This document shows, in pieces, positions 13,450 to 25,786 of a stretch of DNA of 64,000 bases (positions within the stretch are counted from its first letter, which is position 1; every line of letters starts with the position of its first letter). A program made the position numbers and the translations under genes. Origin of the DNA: Adineta vaga (Eukaryota; Animalia; Rotifera); the NCBI GenBank assembly GCA_021613535.1, contig CP075497.1, positions 12,276,001-12,340,000 of the forward strand. Reading direction: 5' to 3'. Under the pieces are notes generated by a model that saw nothing but the letters and a program-made list of their open reading frames with translations, was not told where the DNA came from and ran no database searches.

Positions 13450-14110
13450 CGATCTTAATCAAAGTTTTTGCGTCAGTGAGTAAACATTAAACTGACGATT
13501 TATCGAGGACTATGAGAAGAGTATCACCAGTTGCTTTACTATTTATGATTCACTATTTGTCGATGCTAGAATTTCCAAAAACTATCGAGATGTTTGGCCT
13601 ATAGTCGAATCGGATATTACAGGAAAACACATTTTCTCTTTATTATGATAAAAATCTATTAGAAACTTTTAAAATTCTGATCATTTTCAAAATTTCAAGT
13701 GATTTTATCGATTTTACTTGACTTAACACATAATAATCAACTAAAATAATAATTTCACTATTCAATCAATAAAAATTATTTTCTATATCTGAGAAATCGG
13801 TTAAAATCAATCTTCATATGAAAATCAATTTGAAACATATTTTTCTCACAGTTTAAGCAGTTCAAACCATTTTTTTTTCGGAACTAGGCATGCATCGAAC
13901 CTGAACTTACCCGACTCGAACCATTGGGTTCAGTGCATGCCTATATTCGTAACATCATTAAAAATCAAATAATCTTGCAAAACGTAATTAAAATCTATTG
14001 TTTAACATATTTTAATTAACAAAAATCCTTCTCTTCTCTAAAAATCTATTAAAATCTGTTTTTTGCCTACCATTATTTTGATGAAAATCGATTTTATGAA
14101 ATTATTTTTT
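13450..14110. repeat. Old dispersed repeat rich in AATCGATT-like motifs; inverted relative at ~31450-32100
   Basis: 13730-13811 (ataataatcaactaaaataat...aaaattattttct...tcggttaaaatca) aligns to the reverse complement of ~31718-31817. Boundaries approximate. Confidence 0.55.
13885..13945. mobile_element. Tiny TAGG-type hAT-like MITE nested in the older repeat
   Basis: TIRs TAGGCATGCA / TGCATGCCTA. Flanks TTCGGAAC (13877-13884) and TTCGTAAC (13946-13953) look like an 8-bp TSD offset by TA. Confidence 0.6.
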
Positions 14111-14119
14111 GCTAAAAAT

Positions 14120-14928
14120 TCGTCAATTGAAAGCATCTTCATCAAGTTCAGAAAACCCATTGATAACGATGAACACAAATCAACAAGTTTTATCAAGTAC
14201 GATAGGTACGTAAATAATTGAGACAGATTGGTTTTCCTCTTTTCGTAAGTTATTAAATTGGCTTTCAGCATCCATACATAGATTATACGATTTCTTATCT
14301 TAACATTTTGGTCAAAATTCATCAAAGAATCAACATTGTTTTATACACTTTTCCATATAAAATCACAAATATTTCTTTCTTTTCTTTGAATTTGTATTTA
14401 TTAATAATTATTTTTAAATTTTTCTCTAGGTTCATCTCGTCGAGGACCACCAACAAATATTTTCAATGATATTCTTTTCTTTATTGTCATGTATGTGTGA
14501 ACATTTTAATCTGTATTGATTATTTATTTCTATATGTTGTATTTTTGTCTTTTAAGATGAATAATCCTGAAGAAAATCCAACAGCTGGTAATTATAAATG
14601 CATTACGTGCTGATGTTGCAGCAACAACGAATGTTTTGAAAGTGACTGATGTTGATAAATTAGTTCAACGTGGAGAAAATTTAGATGCAATGAATAATCG
14701 AGCAGATGATTTATTTTCAACATCATATCATTTTCGTGGAGCAGCAAGACAAATGAATCGAAATATGAGATGGAAAAATATCAAATGAACTGTCTTTCTT
14801 AGTAAATTTTCTTTTAATTTGAAACTCATTTCAATGATTCCCTTTTTTACTCTCTTTGAGCTTTTGTTGTGATCTGTGTGATTCCATTTATTGTATTAAT
14901 GGCTTTAATACTTCCATGGAAGAAATGA
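14120..14928 (+). pseudogene. Duplicated LMBRD2 last two exons plus synaptobrevin pseudogene
   Basis: Aligns with ~7090-8124. The VAMP copy starts ATG 14557, but a 1-nt insertion (aattataaatgc vs aatttaaatgc) gives an early TGA, and a second stop follows WKNIK. Confidence 0.9.
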
Positions 14929-15101
14929 TCTATATTGATGAAACATTGTCGATTTTGTTTTTAAATTAGAACTAAATTATGTAGAACCATTTTTTTAAAA
15001 TATTTTATTTTTAATAAAAATCCAATTTTTCATTAATAACAAATTGATGAAAAATGGATGAAAGAAGAAAAGGAAAGTCATTTTTTATTGGGGGAGATGG
15101 A

Positions 15102-15470
15102 TCATGGGGATGTTGGTGGTGGAGTTTCGGGGGCGCCGAATTGCGACTCTTGTACCCCCTCGATGGAATTGTTGGAGGGGGCTGGTTCACGATGGATTGA
15201 TGGAAGGTTCGCCGACCTATAAAATATAACAAATTGAATTAAAATTTCAATAAAAAGAATAATTACCATTTGGAAATGGGATGGTGAAGTATTGGGTTGG
15301 TTGATGGTGACGGTGGTGGTGGTGTTGTTGTTGTTGCTGTTGTTGCCGTTCGAATTGAACAAACAACAAAACCACGGGCAAGACATCTGAAAGAAATATA
15401 GACAGTTAAAATCGTATGGAAAAAACACATGTTTATTCTTGTACAATGAATATAAAAGTGGTTGATTCAT
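15102..15470 (-). CDS. Small, probably secreted Thr/Pro-rich (mucin-like) peptide, 3 exons
   Basis: Removing two ~55-bp GT-AG introns gives MNQPLLYSLCLARGFVVCSIRTATTATTTTPPPPSPSTNP...GAPETPPPTSP*. Other frames are also open, so the frame is uncertain. Confidence 0.45.
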   Translation of the reverse strand: MNQPLLYSLYKNKHVFFPYDFNCLYFFQMSCPWFCCLFNSNGNNSNNNNTTTTVTINQPNTSPSHFQMVIILFIEILIQFVIFYRSANLPSIHREPAPSNNSIEGVQESQFGAPETPPPTSP

Positions 15471-16433
15471 CTATATGTATACTATGACCGATAGATACAA
15501 GAATAGTGACAGTGACGGATAAGAAAGAGGACGATCAGGGGAGAGAATATTCTTTGACTGAAGATTCTAGTCAATTTGTAACAAATAAAAGAAACGATTT
15601 GTTTTGAAAAATACTTGAATTATTCTATATGGAAATGATTTAAATCAAATCATTTGACTTATGCATTTAAAACGATGAAATAACTATCTATTCATCTTTC
15701 ATTATTTGTTTTAGTTATCTTTCAATTCAATTAGTTCGATAATTTGAAAAATTCAATCCTTTTAAACAGAAAATTATTTTAATCAAAATATAAAAGATTG
15801 CAAAGGAAATAATTTCTTTTTATTGTTTAGGAATAAAACTTTTTATGCCAACAACATGATATTGATAGTAAACAGAATGAAAAACAGCTGATTTACATAT
15901 GATATGAATAAAGAATGTGATAATACGGTTTATACATATGATTTCGTCGAATAAGAAAACGTCATCTAACCTTTATCATGTATCTTTAATAAAGATTATT
16001 CTTTGTTAATGAAAGTTTTCTGAATAATCGATGTTCTCATTTTTAATGAACTAACTATATTATTTAATAATGGTGTTTTTCTATTCTTAACTATTTACTC
16101 TCTATTCTCGTTGTTGTTCATATCTCTACATTGATCATATGCTTATTCTACACGTATAATTTCATTTTACATAACTTCTCCAGTTTTCTTATACTATAAC
16201 AAAATCTTCTTCTGATTTATGATCAAACAGTTTACCTTTATTGTGAAATGGATGTGAATATGATTGTGTACTTCTGTCATAATTGTAACTGACTATAGTT
16301 TACGTTAGATTACAAGAATAATTCGTACAAAAAACGTCTTGACAAATGCAATGTTATCACTTTTGACAATCGATCAGATTGCTTAAGAATGAGTTGCTAA
16401 CTCATGTTCTATCATTATATATATATATGTACA

Positions 16434-18083
16434 GGCTATTTCCATGGTACTTGTGACACGAAATACACAACATTCTCCAAATCGTTTGAAACTTTCAGGG
16501 CTCGTGTAATAGTCACTTCTAAGACTTTTTTGCTCTTGGACAAAAGTTATACGATGTCTTGTTCAAGAGTTGTAGCCCAAACACCAAACACCCTCCGGAA
16601 CGATTTTTTAAAGTATCTAATTCTTTATAACACTGCTAGTTTTGCACTACTTTGTGCTATAGAGATTCTGATGATAGATTTGGATTCCTCATCATCAGGG
16701 CTACCAGAATCACTATTTTGAGAAAAATTTTGGACTCATCTCTGAACGACGGAGCTCTGGAAACCCCTTTCAACAGCCGAGTATTCCAGGCTCAAAAACT
16801 CCATAAATAGAGAACTCTGAACTTCGCGAAGTATCTCATTTGATAGAGAATCAAAAGATCTATCGAACCATATGTGCGCCGTCGGGGGGGAGTAAGATTT
16901 CACCGAGATAGGGTCTCCATAAAACTGATATGGGTTTTTGAAAAATCATAAACTCTTTTTTGTCAAATTGAACCAAAAATATCAGAAAAAACTTTATTAT
17001 ATGGATCATGGCGTAGTGGTACGTAGAAGATCGCTTAGATCCATCAAGATTCTACAAAGGTCTCTGTAGAATTACCTTGGTGCTAACTTTATTGAAACCA
17101 CGTAAGAATTTGAAAATGATGCGAAAGGGTAGCAGAAGATTACTTGATCATGCCTTTAAAACTGTGCCTTTTCGTCTAACTGGCCTTCCCTTGTTCTATG
17201 TTATTTTATCTCCTACTCTTTTTTTGTTCGATTCTGTGTGTGGTTTGGTTTGTTTCTTCAAGTATGTGTTCCATTATTCAGTAGCTCAGACTCAGAAACA
17301 TTCACACTTCAACAAGTTCTTCCGCGGTTTCTTTTTCTTCTCGTACTTGCAGAACCAGGCTTTTCTTATAATTAAAGTATTAACATTGCAGTACTGATCT
17401 ATTAATACATGTATCAATGGAAAATAGTATAGATCTGAGATAGTTCTCCAGAGACCTTTGTAGAATCTTGATGGATCTAAGCGATCTTCTACGTACCACT
17501 ACGCCATGATCCATATAATAAAGTTTTTTCTGATATTTTTGGTTCAATTTGACAAAAAAGAGTTTATGATTTTTCAAAAACCCATATCAGTTTTATGGAG
17601 ACCCTATCTCGGTGAAATCTTACTCCCCCCCCCGACGGCGCACATATGGTTCGATAGATCTTTTGATTCTCTATCAAATGAGATACTTCGCGAAGTTCAG
17701 AGTTCTCTATTTATGGAGTTTTTGAGCCTGGAATACTCGGCTGTTGAAAGGGGTTTCCAGAGCTCCGTCGTTCAGAGATGAGTCCAAAATTTTTCTCAAA
17801 ATAGTGATTCTGGTAGCCCTGATGATGAGGAATCCAAATCTATCATCAGAATCTCTATAGCACAAAGTAGTGCAAAACTAGCAGTGTTATAAAGAATTAG
17901 ATACTTTAAAAAATCGTTCCGGAGGGTGTTTGGTGTTTGGGCTACAACTCTTGAACAAGACATCGTATAACTTTTGTCCAAGAGCAAAAAAGTCTTAGAA
18001 GTGACTATTACACGAGCCCTGAAAGTTTCAAACGATTTGGAGAATGTTGTGTATTTCGTGTCACAAGTACCATGGAAATAGCC
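16434..18083. mobile_element. Non-autonomous foldback-like DNA transposon with very long TIRs, possibly PIF/Harbinger-derived
   Basis: Arms 16434-17066 and 17449-18083 are reverse complements; the only difference seen is G7 vs C9. 382-bp spacer, termini GGC...GCC, 3-bp direct flank ACA on both sides. Confidence 0.92.
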
Positions 18084-18845
18084 ACAATGATTGAACAAAG
18101 AAAGACATAATCAATGAACTATCAATCAATAGCAAAGGTATATCTGTAGACAATATACTTTTTGCAAATTAGTTGTTCGTCTAATGTTCAAAGCTAATAA
18201 GGCAACGGCAATGTATGACAAATCATTTAGACTAATTTTTTTTGCATTATTCGATATGTTGTGTTGTTTGAGGATGTGGAGGATATTCTGTTTTCATATA
18301 TTTTTCTATTCATAAAATAGTCTTTAATCGAGATTTTATTTAATATTGTATTATTTTTTCGATAAGAGTGAAATTATTTATTTCAATAGTATTTTCTGTT
18401 GATAAATTATTGTTACAGAATCCATCAAGATTTTCTATTTTATAAATATAGAATGATCCATCTTATTCATGTTACTTATATCAATATGAAGTTAGAAATC
18501 AAAACTTTCCTTTTTGTACTTATTCTAAGTCTTATTTAATATATTTTAACGATCAGTTTTCAATAATGTTATTTTCAATCACTGGGAGTTAGTTAATAAT
18601 ATAGACACTTTTTTATCATCGCATCTTCTACTAATTATAAACTATTCAAATTATTATATAAACGCTTTATTCATCCATCATAACATCAAACGAAAACAAC
18701 AGCAATCTGAATTCAGAATAAGTTGAGCAAAACATGAGTTGAAGTTACACCGAGAATACCTTCATCCTCTCATTATCAACAATCTTGATAAATCCTAAGT
18801 GGTATTCATACAGGACAAATAAAAATACTAGGTGAATCTTTGCCC

Positions 18846-19047
18846 ATACATATATTCGTCAACTTCAATTAAAACAAAGAATCACACGCATGTGAAAGAC
18901 AAACAAATTTATATACAAAAGAAAATGATCCTAGGAACATTTTTCATTTTTGTTACAATCGGCTGGCACCTTTGGACGGCTAGCGACAAGGAAAACATTC
19001 AAAAACAGAAACATTCGCATACACAAATACAAAGAAAAAAAGAAACC
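18846..19047 (-). repeat. Inverted copy of the segment at 24601-24822
   Basis: Core TTGTTACAATCGGCTGGCACCTTTGGACGGCTAGCGACAAGGAAAACATTCAAAA is the exact reverse complement of ~24646-24700. Confidence 0.9.
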
Positions 19048-19882
19048 TGATGATGCATTACATTCAAAGTGACTGGTTGATTTCTTTTCATCTATTCTAG
19101 ATGAATTACAATAATCTCTTCTTTTCTCAGTCACTTATTTGATAGTAAAATAAGTATACAAATTTACATCAATAAACTGTTACATAATTTAAATTGAGTA
19201 AAAATTGGCTAATTGAGCTCGTCCATATTATTTTCGACTACTGACCCTTTTTTTATATCTTAGCATTGGTCGCCAGAAAAGAAAAAAAACATTCAAACGG
19301 TTTATCAGAATATTAGTGAAATTACATTGAAACGTTAAACTGACATAGTAAGCAATTCAGATGAAAAAATTACCAACAAACCGCTTAAACTTCATTCAAT
19401 TGACGAAAAAATAGTGTTCTAACACTAATTCGGATATTAGGAAAGTATAGATAGACTTGAAGGATTTCTATCATCCACGTATTATCAATGAAACAAAATA
19501 ATATATTCTCTATGCATCAAGTTTAATAATTCTATATTTTGATCCAATACTTTCAACAAGGCCAACGGTTTCGTAGAAGTTGAAATAGCTATATTGCATT
19601 TGAATGTTTATATTATCAGAACGAATAAATTGAATATCATAAGATACTTCTCCAATTAAGAAGTTAACAAATATCATCATTGTTACTATGCATCAAATGG
19701 AAGCAAACACCCATACGTTCTAAGCACGATCTTCAAACATAATTTTCCATGACATGAACATTTTTAGTATTAAACACGCTGTTTCGAAAAAGACAATATT
19801 AGTGATACACATGACTAAATAGTATTTTTTTTCTCGTCAACTTCGTATTCCTAATATATGAATTAAAGCGCCTATTGAAATA

Positions 19883-20989
19883 ATGTCTCTTGAAGCTACA
19901 AGTAGTTTTACATTTCATCTAACAGTTCGTAATGAATCTGTTGAATTATCACCAGCATTGTATCGTCAACTTGTTCATTATTCATCAACTTCAAATTCGA
20001 TTGTTTCTGCATCGGATAAAGAACATCAAATTTCATTCGATGTTGATCCATTTATTTTCAATGCTTATCTTCTTTTTATACAATCAGGTTGTTTTGTAAG
20101 ACCAAAATATTTATCTCATCAAGATCTAATTGATGGATTACGAATCTGTGGTGCACCTCTTACTTTAATCAATCATTATGAACAATGTGATTTAATAATA
20201 TCAACATTTTCTTCACATCAATGTTCATCTCATTCGACGAGAAAAGAACATCAACTTCAACGGATTTTATATGATGCCTTACTTCTAATTGGATTGATTA
20301 TTGGAACATGTGTTTTAGCGATTGATTTATATCGACAGATATTAATATTTAATGGAAATTCATTAGAAGAGATATCAAAGATATTAATTATAATTGTGTA
20401 TTTGATTGATGGTGTTTTATTTCTATATTCGAGTATACATGCTATTTTAAGATACATTGCCAGTATTAAAGAAGGAAGAAAACCGTATAAAGATGGAAAT
20501 CTTTTAGTCGATACTATTTCTTGTTTTGGTATACTATCTTATTTTGCAACACAACGACCAATAACGAAAATTTGTTCAATTAAATCAAATTTTATTTGGA
20601 TTTTTGTGCACTTATGTCGAACCATGCGTATGATTCAACTTGGTTATCAGTTAATTGATATAAAATCATGTTTATATGCTATTTCTCAATGTTTGAAGAT
20701 ATTTCTACAAACTCTAATTGGACTCTTTTGGTTATTCATTTTTTCCGGATCAATTCTATATCTAATCGATGTGATAGAAAATAATCAACAATATTCAAGT
20801 ATTTATTTAACAATACGTTCTGCACATGAAACATTATATACCATTGGATACCGAAATAATGCACCATATGGATTATTGACACGTTTATGGGCAATTATAA
20901 GTATTTATTTTCTCTCGTCACTAGTACAAATACTTTGTTGGCAATTTCAAACTCAAGTGACATTGAAGATACGAAGAATGGGATCATAG
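19883..20989 (+). CDS. Highly divergent voltage-gated K+ channel-like 6TM protein
   Basis: Intronless 368 aa ORF. T1-like FDVDPFIFNAYLLFIQSG, hydrophobic S1-S3 with NLLVDTIS, S4-like LCRTMRMIQL, pore-like ETLYTIGYRNNAPYGLLTR. Confidence 0.75.
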   Translation: MSLEATSSFTFHLTVRNESVELSPALYRQLVHYSSTSNSIVSASDKEHQISFDVDPFIFNAYLLFIQSGCFVRPKYLSHQDLIDGLRICGAPLTLINHYEQCDLIISTFSSHQCSSHSTRKEHQLQRILYDALLLIGLIIGTCVLAIDLYRQILIFNGNSLEEISKILIIIVYLIDGVLFLYSSIHAILRYIASIKEGRKPYKDGNLLVDTISCFGILSYFATQRPITKICSIKSNFIWIFVHLCRTMRMIQLGYQLIDIKSCLYAISQCLKIFLQTLIGLFWLFIFSGSILYLIDVIENNQQYSSIYLTIRSAHETLYTIGYRNNAPYGLLTRLWAIISIYFLSSLVQILCWQFQTQVTLKIRRMGS

Positions 20990-22924
20990 AGAAAAGTATT
21001 TTCTTGAATTATTAAGATTTTCTTTAATGAATGTATATGTTTTAAACCATCTGCATGTTCTTTTTCTCATATTCACATGCAATGCCTTTGTTCATTTGAA
21101 GTAATTACGGCGAGGTGTGCGTGCATATTTGAAATTTAATGCTTCTAAGTAGTTCTTGTCGCGTCACCGAAGACGTTCAATTCTTTAGTGTCAGTGCTGA
21201 TAATGATTTGTGCATGTTAGCTAATCCATACGGTGCCAAATGACAGGAAATAGAAATAGAACAGGAACAAAATTTGTTCATTATGTCAATTGAAAAAAAA
21301 TGAGAGATGAGAAGTAAAGAAAAATTCATTTAGTCACCGTCTCTTTTTTTTTGCTCTCTTTTACTTTCCTTTAACAAACATAGAATGACTAGTTTATTAG
21401 ATTGCACCATTGTGAAAGGTCACTCGTATTTCTTCTTTAGAATGACACTTTCATTTTCTAGTTTTCTCTTTAATAAAATTCTTGTATGCGCTTTTTCTTT
21501 TGTCTAAAAAAGAAAAGGAAGGAAAGAAGACGAAACACATACATACGCATACGGAAAGGAAAGAAATGAGCTGTTCGACCGTAAAAATTTAACGTCTTTA
21601 TCTCATCTTTTCTTCCTTCCCTTTCTCGCTTTTACTTCTTCATTGAAGTCAGAACTTAAATCTACAAAAGAAGAAAGAATCATATTCCACATGAGAGAGA
21701 AAAAATCGAAGTTGATAATTATCATGGAAAACATACATTAAATCTCCTTCACAAAAGTAAGAATAGTTAATTATTTTTAATATTTCACTAGAGACAAATT
21801 ATCCTAACAATTCTTTTGTCTACTTCTCGTGTATTTTATCTTCATTTCTTTTTCATACCTTCTTTCTTTTGTTTCTTATTAAATAGAAGAAAAAAGAAGG
21901 TGATGATGAAAAAAAATTTCACTCCTCCGCACACATGTTGTCGCTAAGTAGACATAAAGGAGAGTATAGTTGTTGTGAAAGATAAACTGACTGACTGACT
22001 GGCTGGCTGCAAACGAAGGAACACAAGCAGAACGGAAGAAACTTTTCTTTCTTTTTTTTTGACTACATCTTTCATTCAAAATCGAGCAAAATTCTCTCGT
22101 GCAAACGCGTATGTGAAGTCTTGACAACAAACAACAGCGCTACCGTTTTTATTACATCCTCATTGTCATGAGTGATATTGAACAAGTAAGCACAACAAAA
22201 AGGACATTTTCTTAAAAATCCGATTAGATTTAGTTGAGCTACATAAACGAACATAGAACTTGTTCTTGTTAAAATAACAATACTTAAGTAAACAAAAGAC
22301 ATCTCTTTTGTCTAATGGAGTTGTATTGAATTGACTAAATGGAAAGTAGATCCTTCTTTATTTTTCATCTAGTGCTGCTCTTTCAAGTACCTGAATGTGA
22401 ACGAAACGTTAGAGGCAATTTCTATTGTCTTCATTAAGAGTGTAAACAAAAGTCTTCTCTCTTATTTTAACACGAAAAAAGAAATGGCAAATCATTCAAC
22501 GTATGTTGTTCTTTCGCAGAACGAATCTTCTCTTAATGATCATGAAATCTGTTCAGAACAGTTGTCGATGTTTAATTGACTCACCTGTTCAATATCATCG
22601 ATCTTTATTAGAATTCTTTGTATTAATTAGTATCGCTATAGTGATTTTCAAATCAGATAATGAACACCATCTTGTTTTTTTTTGTCGACTGACATTGAAT
22701 TTCTTCGAAAAGAAGATAAAAGTCTGTTCTCTTTCACTTTCATTCGTTCGTTCTTTTTTTGATGTAGTGAAGTGAACTGACGAGAAGATAAGACATAAGT
22801 GGAATCTTGTCATTATGATCATATATATCTTTAGATGATAAAGTATGTCTATGAAGTACTTAACTTTATTTCTATTTGATTTTTAGATTTTTTCTTGGTA
22901 TGACTTGCGTTTTTATTGATCGTC

Positions 22925-24480
22925 ATGTTAATAATGGCGACAATATCTCATCGACAAATGAAACGACATTCCATTGATCATAGCTTTACATTTCCGATAG
23001 CAAAAAATATCAAACGATTACGAGATTATTCTTCAAAACATGATTGGACATTAGAATGTAAGAGAAAATTAAAAAAAGGTTATCATAGAAAAGGAGAAGA
23101 AGAGGAAGAACAGCAACATCAAGAATATCATTGTTATGTCTATTTAAAATTCTTTCCATCCACCTTAAAATGTTCGATTGATGTCATTGTTAAATCAACA
23201 GAGATAACATCGAATGATTATGATGACCAAGAAGCAATTTTAATTGGAAAAACACGAATAGCAAAACCAATAAAATCAGGTTTGATATTAGAAAAAAAAG
23301 AAACTTTCCAATCCAATGATTATTCTTCTCTTTTATATAGGTGTTATTCGTGTTCGTTTAGTTTCGTCATTATTTAGTGCAGACACTGATGTTCATGAAG
23401 ATATATCTTTAATTAAACTTGAAACAATTACATCACAATCATTTTATCATCATTTTGATAAACAATTTGCTCTTGTTTTAAAAGTAAAAGAGAAAAATCA
23501 TGTTTTTCTGTAAATTTATCTTGTTTTTTTTTGTTTTGATTAGAATAATCGAATTGGTCCAGGTGTAATTGGAAAATTATTTGTTGAATCCTTAGATCCA
23601 TTGAATGGTTCTTATACAAATAATCCACCGATATTTGAACTGAATCTTAATTTAGCATCTGAACATGAAATTTTCTTTACTTCATCCAATCAGGTGTGTA
23701 TATATATATATGCGTATTAATGAAGTTGAAATGAACATATTGTTCTTTTCTCAGATTGACATATGAGAAATTCGTGTGAAAGAATGATGATCAGATGTCA
23801 ATAGGCATTGAGAATGAAAAAAAAGACGAATGAAGCTGTATCAATACAGATTTCATTACAGAAATGAAGAAGAAAGAATGATATTATTTGCATAATTTAT
23901 TGCTAAAGAAATCAAACTGTCTACTTCAGATGTTGAGTGAAGGAGAACATAAGAGAAAGATGTCAGTTTAAACAATGTTCAATTGTTTATATAAGTATAT
24001 ATTATCTATTCGTTTTCTTTTTTCTTTTTAGAAAATTCAACAGAATTCAACATTACCATGTGGTTGTATTCTTACATCTGATCCATCTCGTTTGACAATC
24101 AGTGATGAGTGCAATGTAAGAAAATAATTTGGCTATTTATTTTTCTTAAATAAAAAATGATTTTTGTTATGTTTTAGTTAATATTAAATGATATGAAAAT
24201 AGTTCATCGAGTAGCGGAACCACTTCGTTGTTTATGGAAATCAATTGGTCGAGAATTATCACCAAGTATTCAAGAAAATGAATTAGATGATATCAATCAA
24301 AGATACTTTTTAACAGAAGGAAATCATGAATGTACTTATCAATTGCTACGACTATGGTATATGCGTAGACCATATGAAGCAAATATTCGTTATTTATTGA
24401 CTCGATTCAAACTTCCCTTCAATCTAATTGAAAATATTCACAACGATGTTGTTAGAATATTTCTTTCTGCGTCAAATTGA
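22925..24480 (+). CDS. Multi-exon protein with C-terminal death domain
   Basis: Last exon VAEPLRCLWKSIGREL...IQENELDDINQRY...ECTYQLLRLW fits the death-domain pattern (WK.LGREL; LL..W). Start and internal exons uncertain. Confidence 0.65.
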
Positions 24481-24600
24481 GAAACTTTTTCTTTCTTTTT
24501 TTCTGAGCATACTTCAGACATTCCATTCAGTTTTCTTGTACAGTATTTTCTTTTTTTCGATGTTCTTCTTTTTGTTTTCATTTGAGGCGTGCGAACTGTT

Positions 24601-24822
24601 GGTTTCCTTTTTTTCTTTGTATTTGTGTATGCGAGTGTTTCTTGTTTTGAATGTTTTCCTTGTCGCTAGCCGTCCAAAGGTGCCAGCCGATTGTAACAAA
24701 AAATGAAAAAATGTTCCTAGGATCATTTTTTTTGTATATAAATTTGTTTCTTCTTTTTTGCATGCGTGTGATTTTGTTTTATTTGAAGTTTCTTTCAATA
24801 AAAATAGATGAACATATGTATG
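24601..24822 (+). repeat. Segment in the 3' flank of the death-domain gene, duplicated in inverted orientation at 18846-19047
   Basis: Direct sequence comparison. Confidence 0.9.
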
Positions 24823-25474
24823 AACTGTAAAGTTCATGTATGTAAACGACTCTTTTGTGTTGCATAACGTTAGATCATAGCGCAAAGAAAAAAGTGGATA
24901 CTAGAATCTGCCAGGAACCAAGGTACATTTTTCGTGTAAAAAGCAGCGTGCTCGAGCGAACTATTATTATTAATTTGGCTCTTACCAAATATCGACTATA
25001 AAATTCGCTTCTTTCCTTGTTATCACACATACATATGCGTCTAGAAATACTTGAATAGCATCATAATAGCTGGTATCATTTTATACGACGACATTTACGA
25101 CGAGAAGAATGCTATGGTAACAAATGTCCGTAGTATCTGAATTCAAACAATGTAACTTTTCGACTTGCATTATTATCGTTGTTTTTCGAAATCAACGATA
25201 GTATAGATACAGGATCCGAACAAATATATAACAATCCAAGGATATTCACCCATTGTGATGATATGGGCTCGGATAAACGTGTCGATCTTCTTCGTTACCT
25301 ATGTTACACCCTCAAATTCTATAATCTATTCTGATAGTAAATGATGTAAACCGGATATGTCGCTGATATATCTCTATCAAAAGAAAACATTTTTAACTTA
25401 TTTATTTGTATATATTTATATTATTATCATGGATGAAAAGTAATTTTCTTCAGCATTAATTGTTTTTCTTCTTT

Positions 25475-25786
25475 TCAGATCTTTTGCCGATGTAAAAAGA
25501 TCAGATAACCACAAGCACATAAGCCAAATATTGTTGCCATACAGTTTATAATCAATGTCACATAAGACCATTTACATGCTTTGGGATAATTTTGTCGTTG
25601 TTTAAATTTATGTGTTCGAAATGAACATCCAATTGCTACGATACCTAAAATTACACCACCAACAAGTACATTTAAATAAGACCAAACCATCCATTCATGA
25701 AGTGATTCGATAGATTTATGATCGATATTTTCTTCGGGTATTTCTGCGACGCTGTGATCGTCGAGCAACGGATCGTCGTCATCCAT
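25475..25786 (-). CDS. CD225/dispanin (IFITM-like) small membrane protein
   Basis: EWMVWSYLNVLVGGVILGIVAIGCSFRT...NYPKACKWSYVTLIIN matches the CD225 pattern (W S..N; LG.VA...S; A...S..A...N). Confidence 0.8.
   Translation of the reverse strand: MDDDDPLLDDHSVAEIPEENIDHKSIESLHEWMVWSYLNVLVGGVILGIVAIGCSFRTHKFKQRQNYPKACKWSYVTLIINCMATIFGLCACGYLIFLHRQKI

Noticed and set aside
16404-18098. Twin ~100 aa ORFs (16404-16721 +, 17796-18098 -) and other ORFs in the element
   Set aside because: They are mirror images produced by the inverted arms, start outside the element, and show no transposase or other motif.
18832-24885. Similar short ORFs at 18.8-19.1 kb and 24.4-24.9 kb
   Set aside because: They arise from the inverted duplicate; frames differ between copies and composition is low-complexity.
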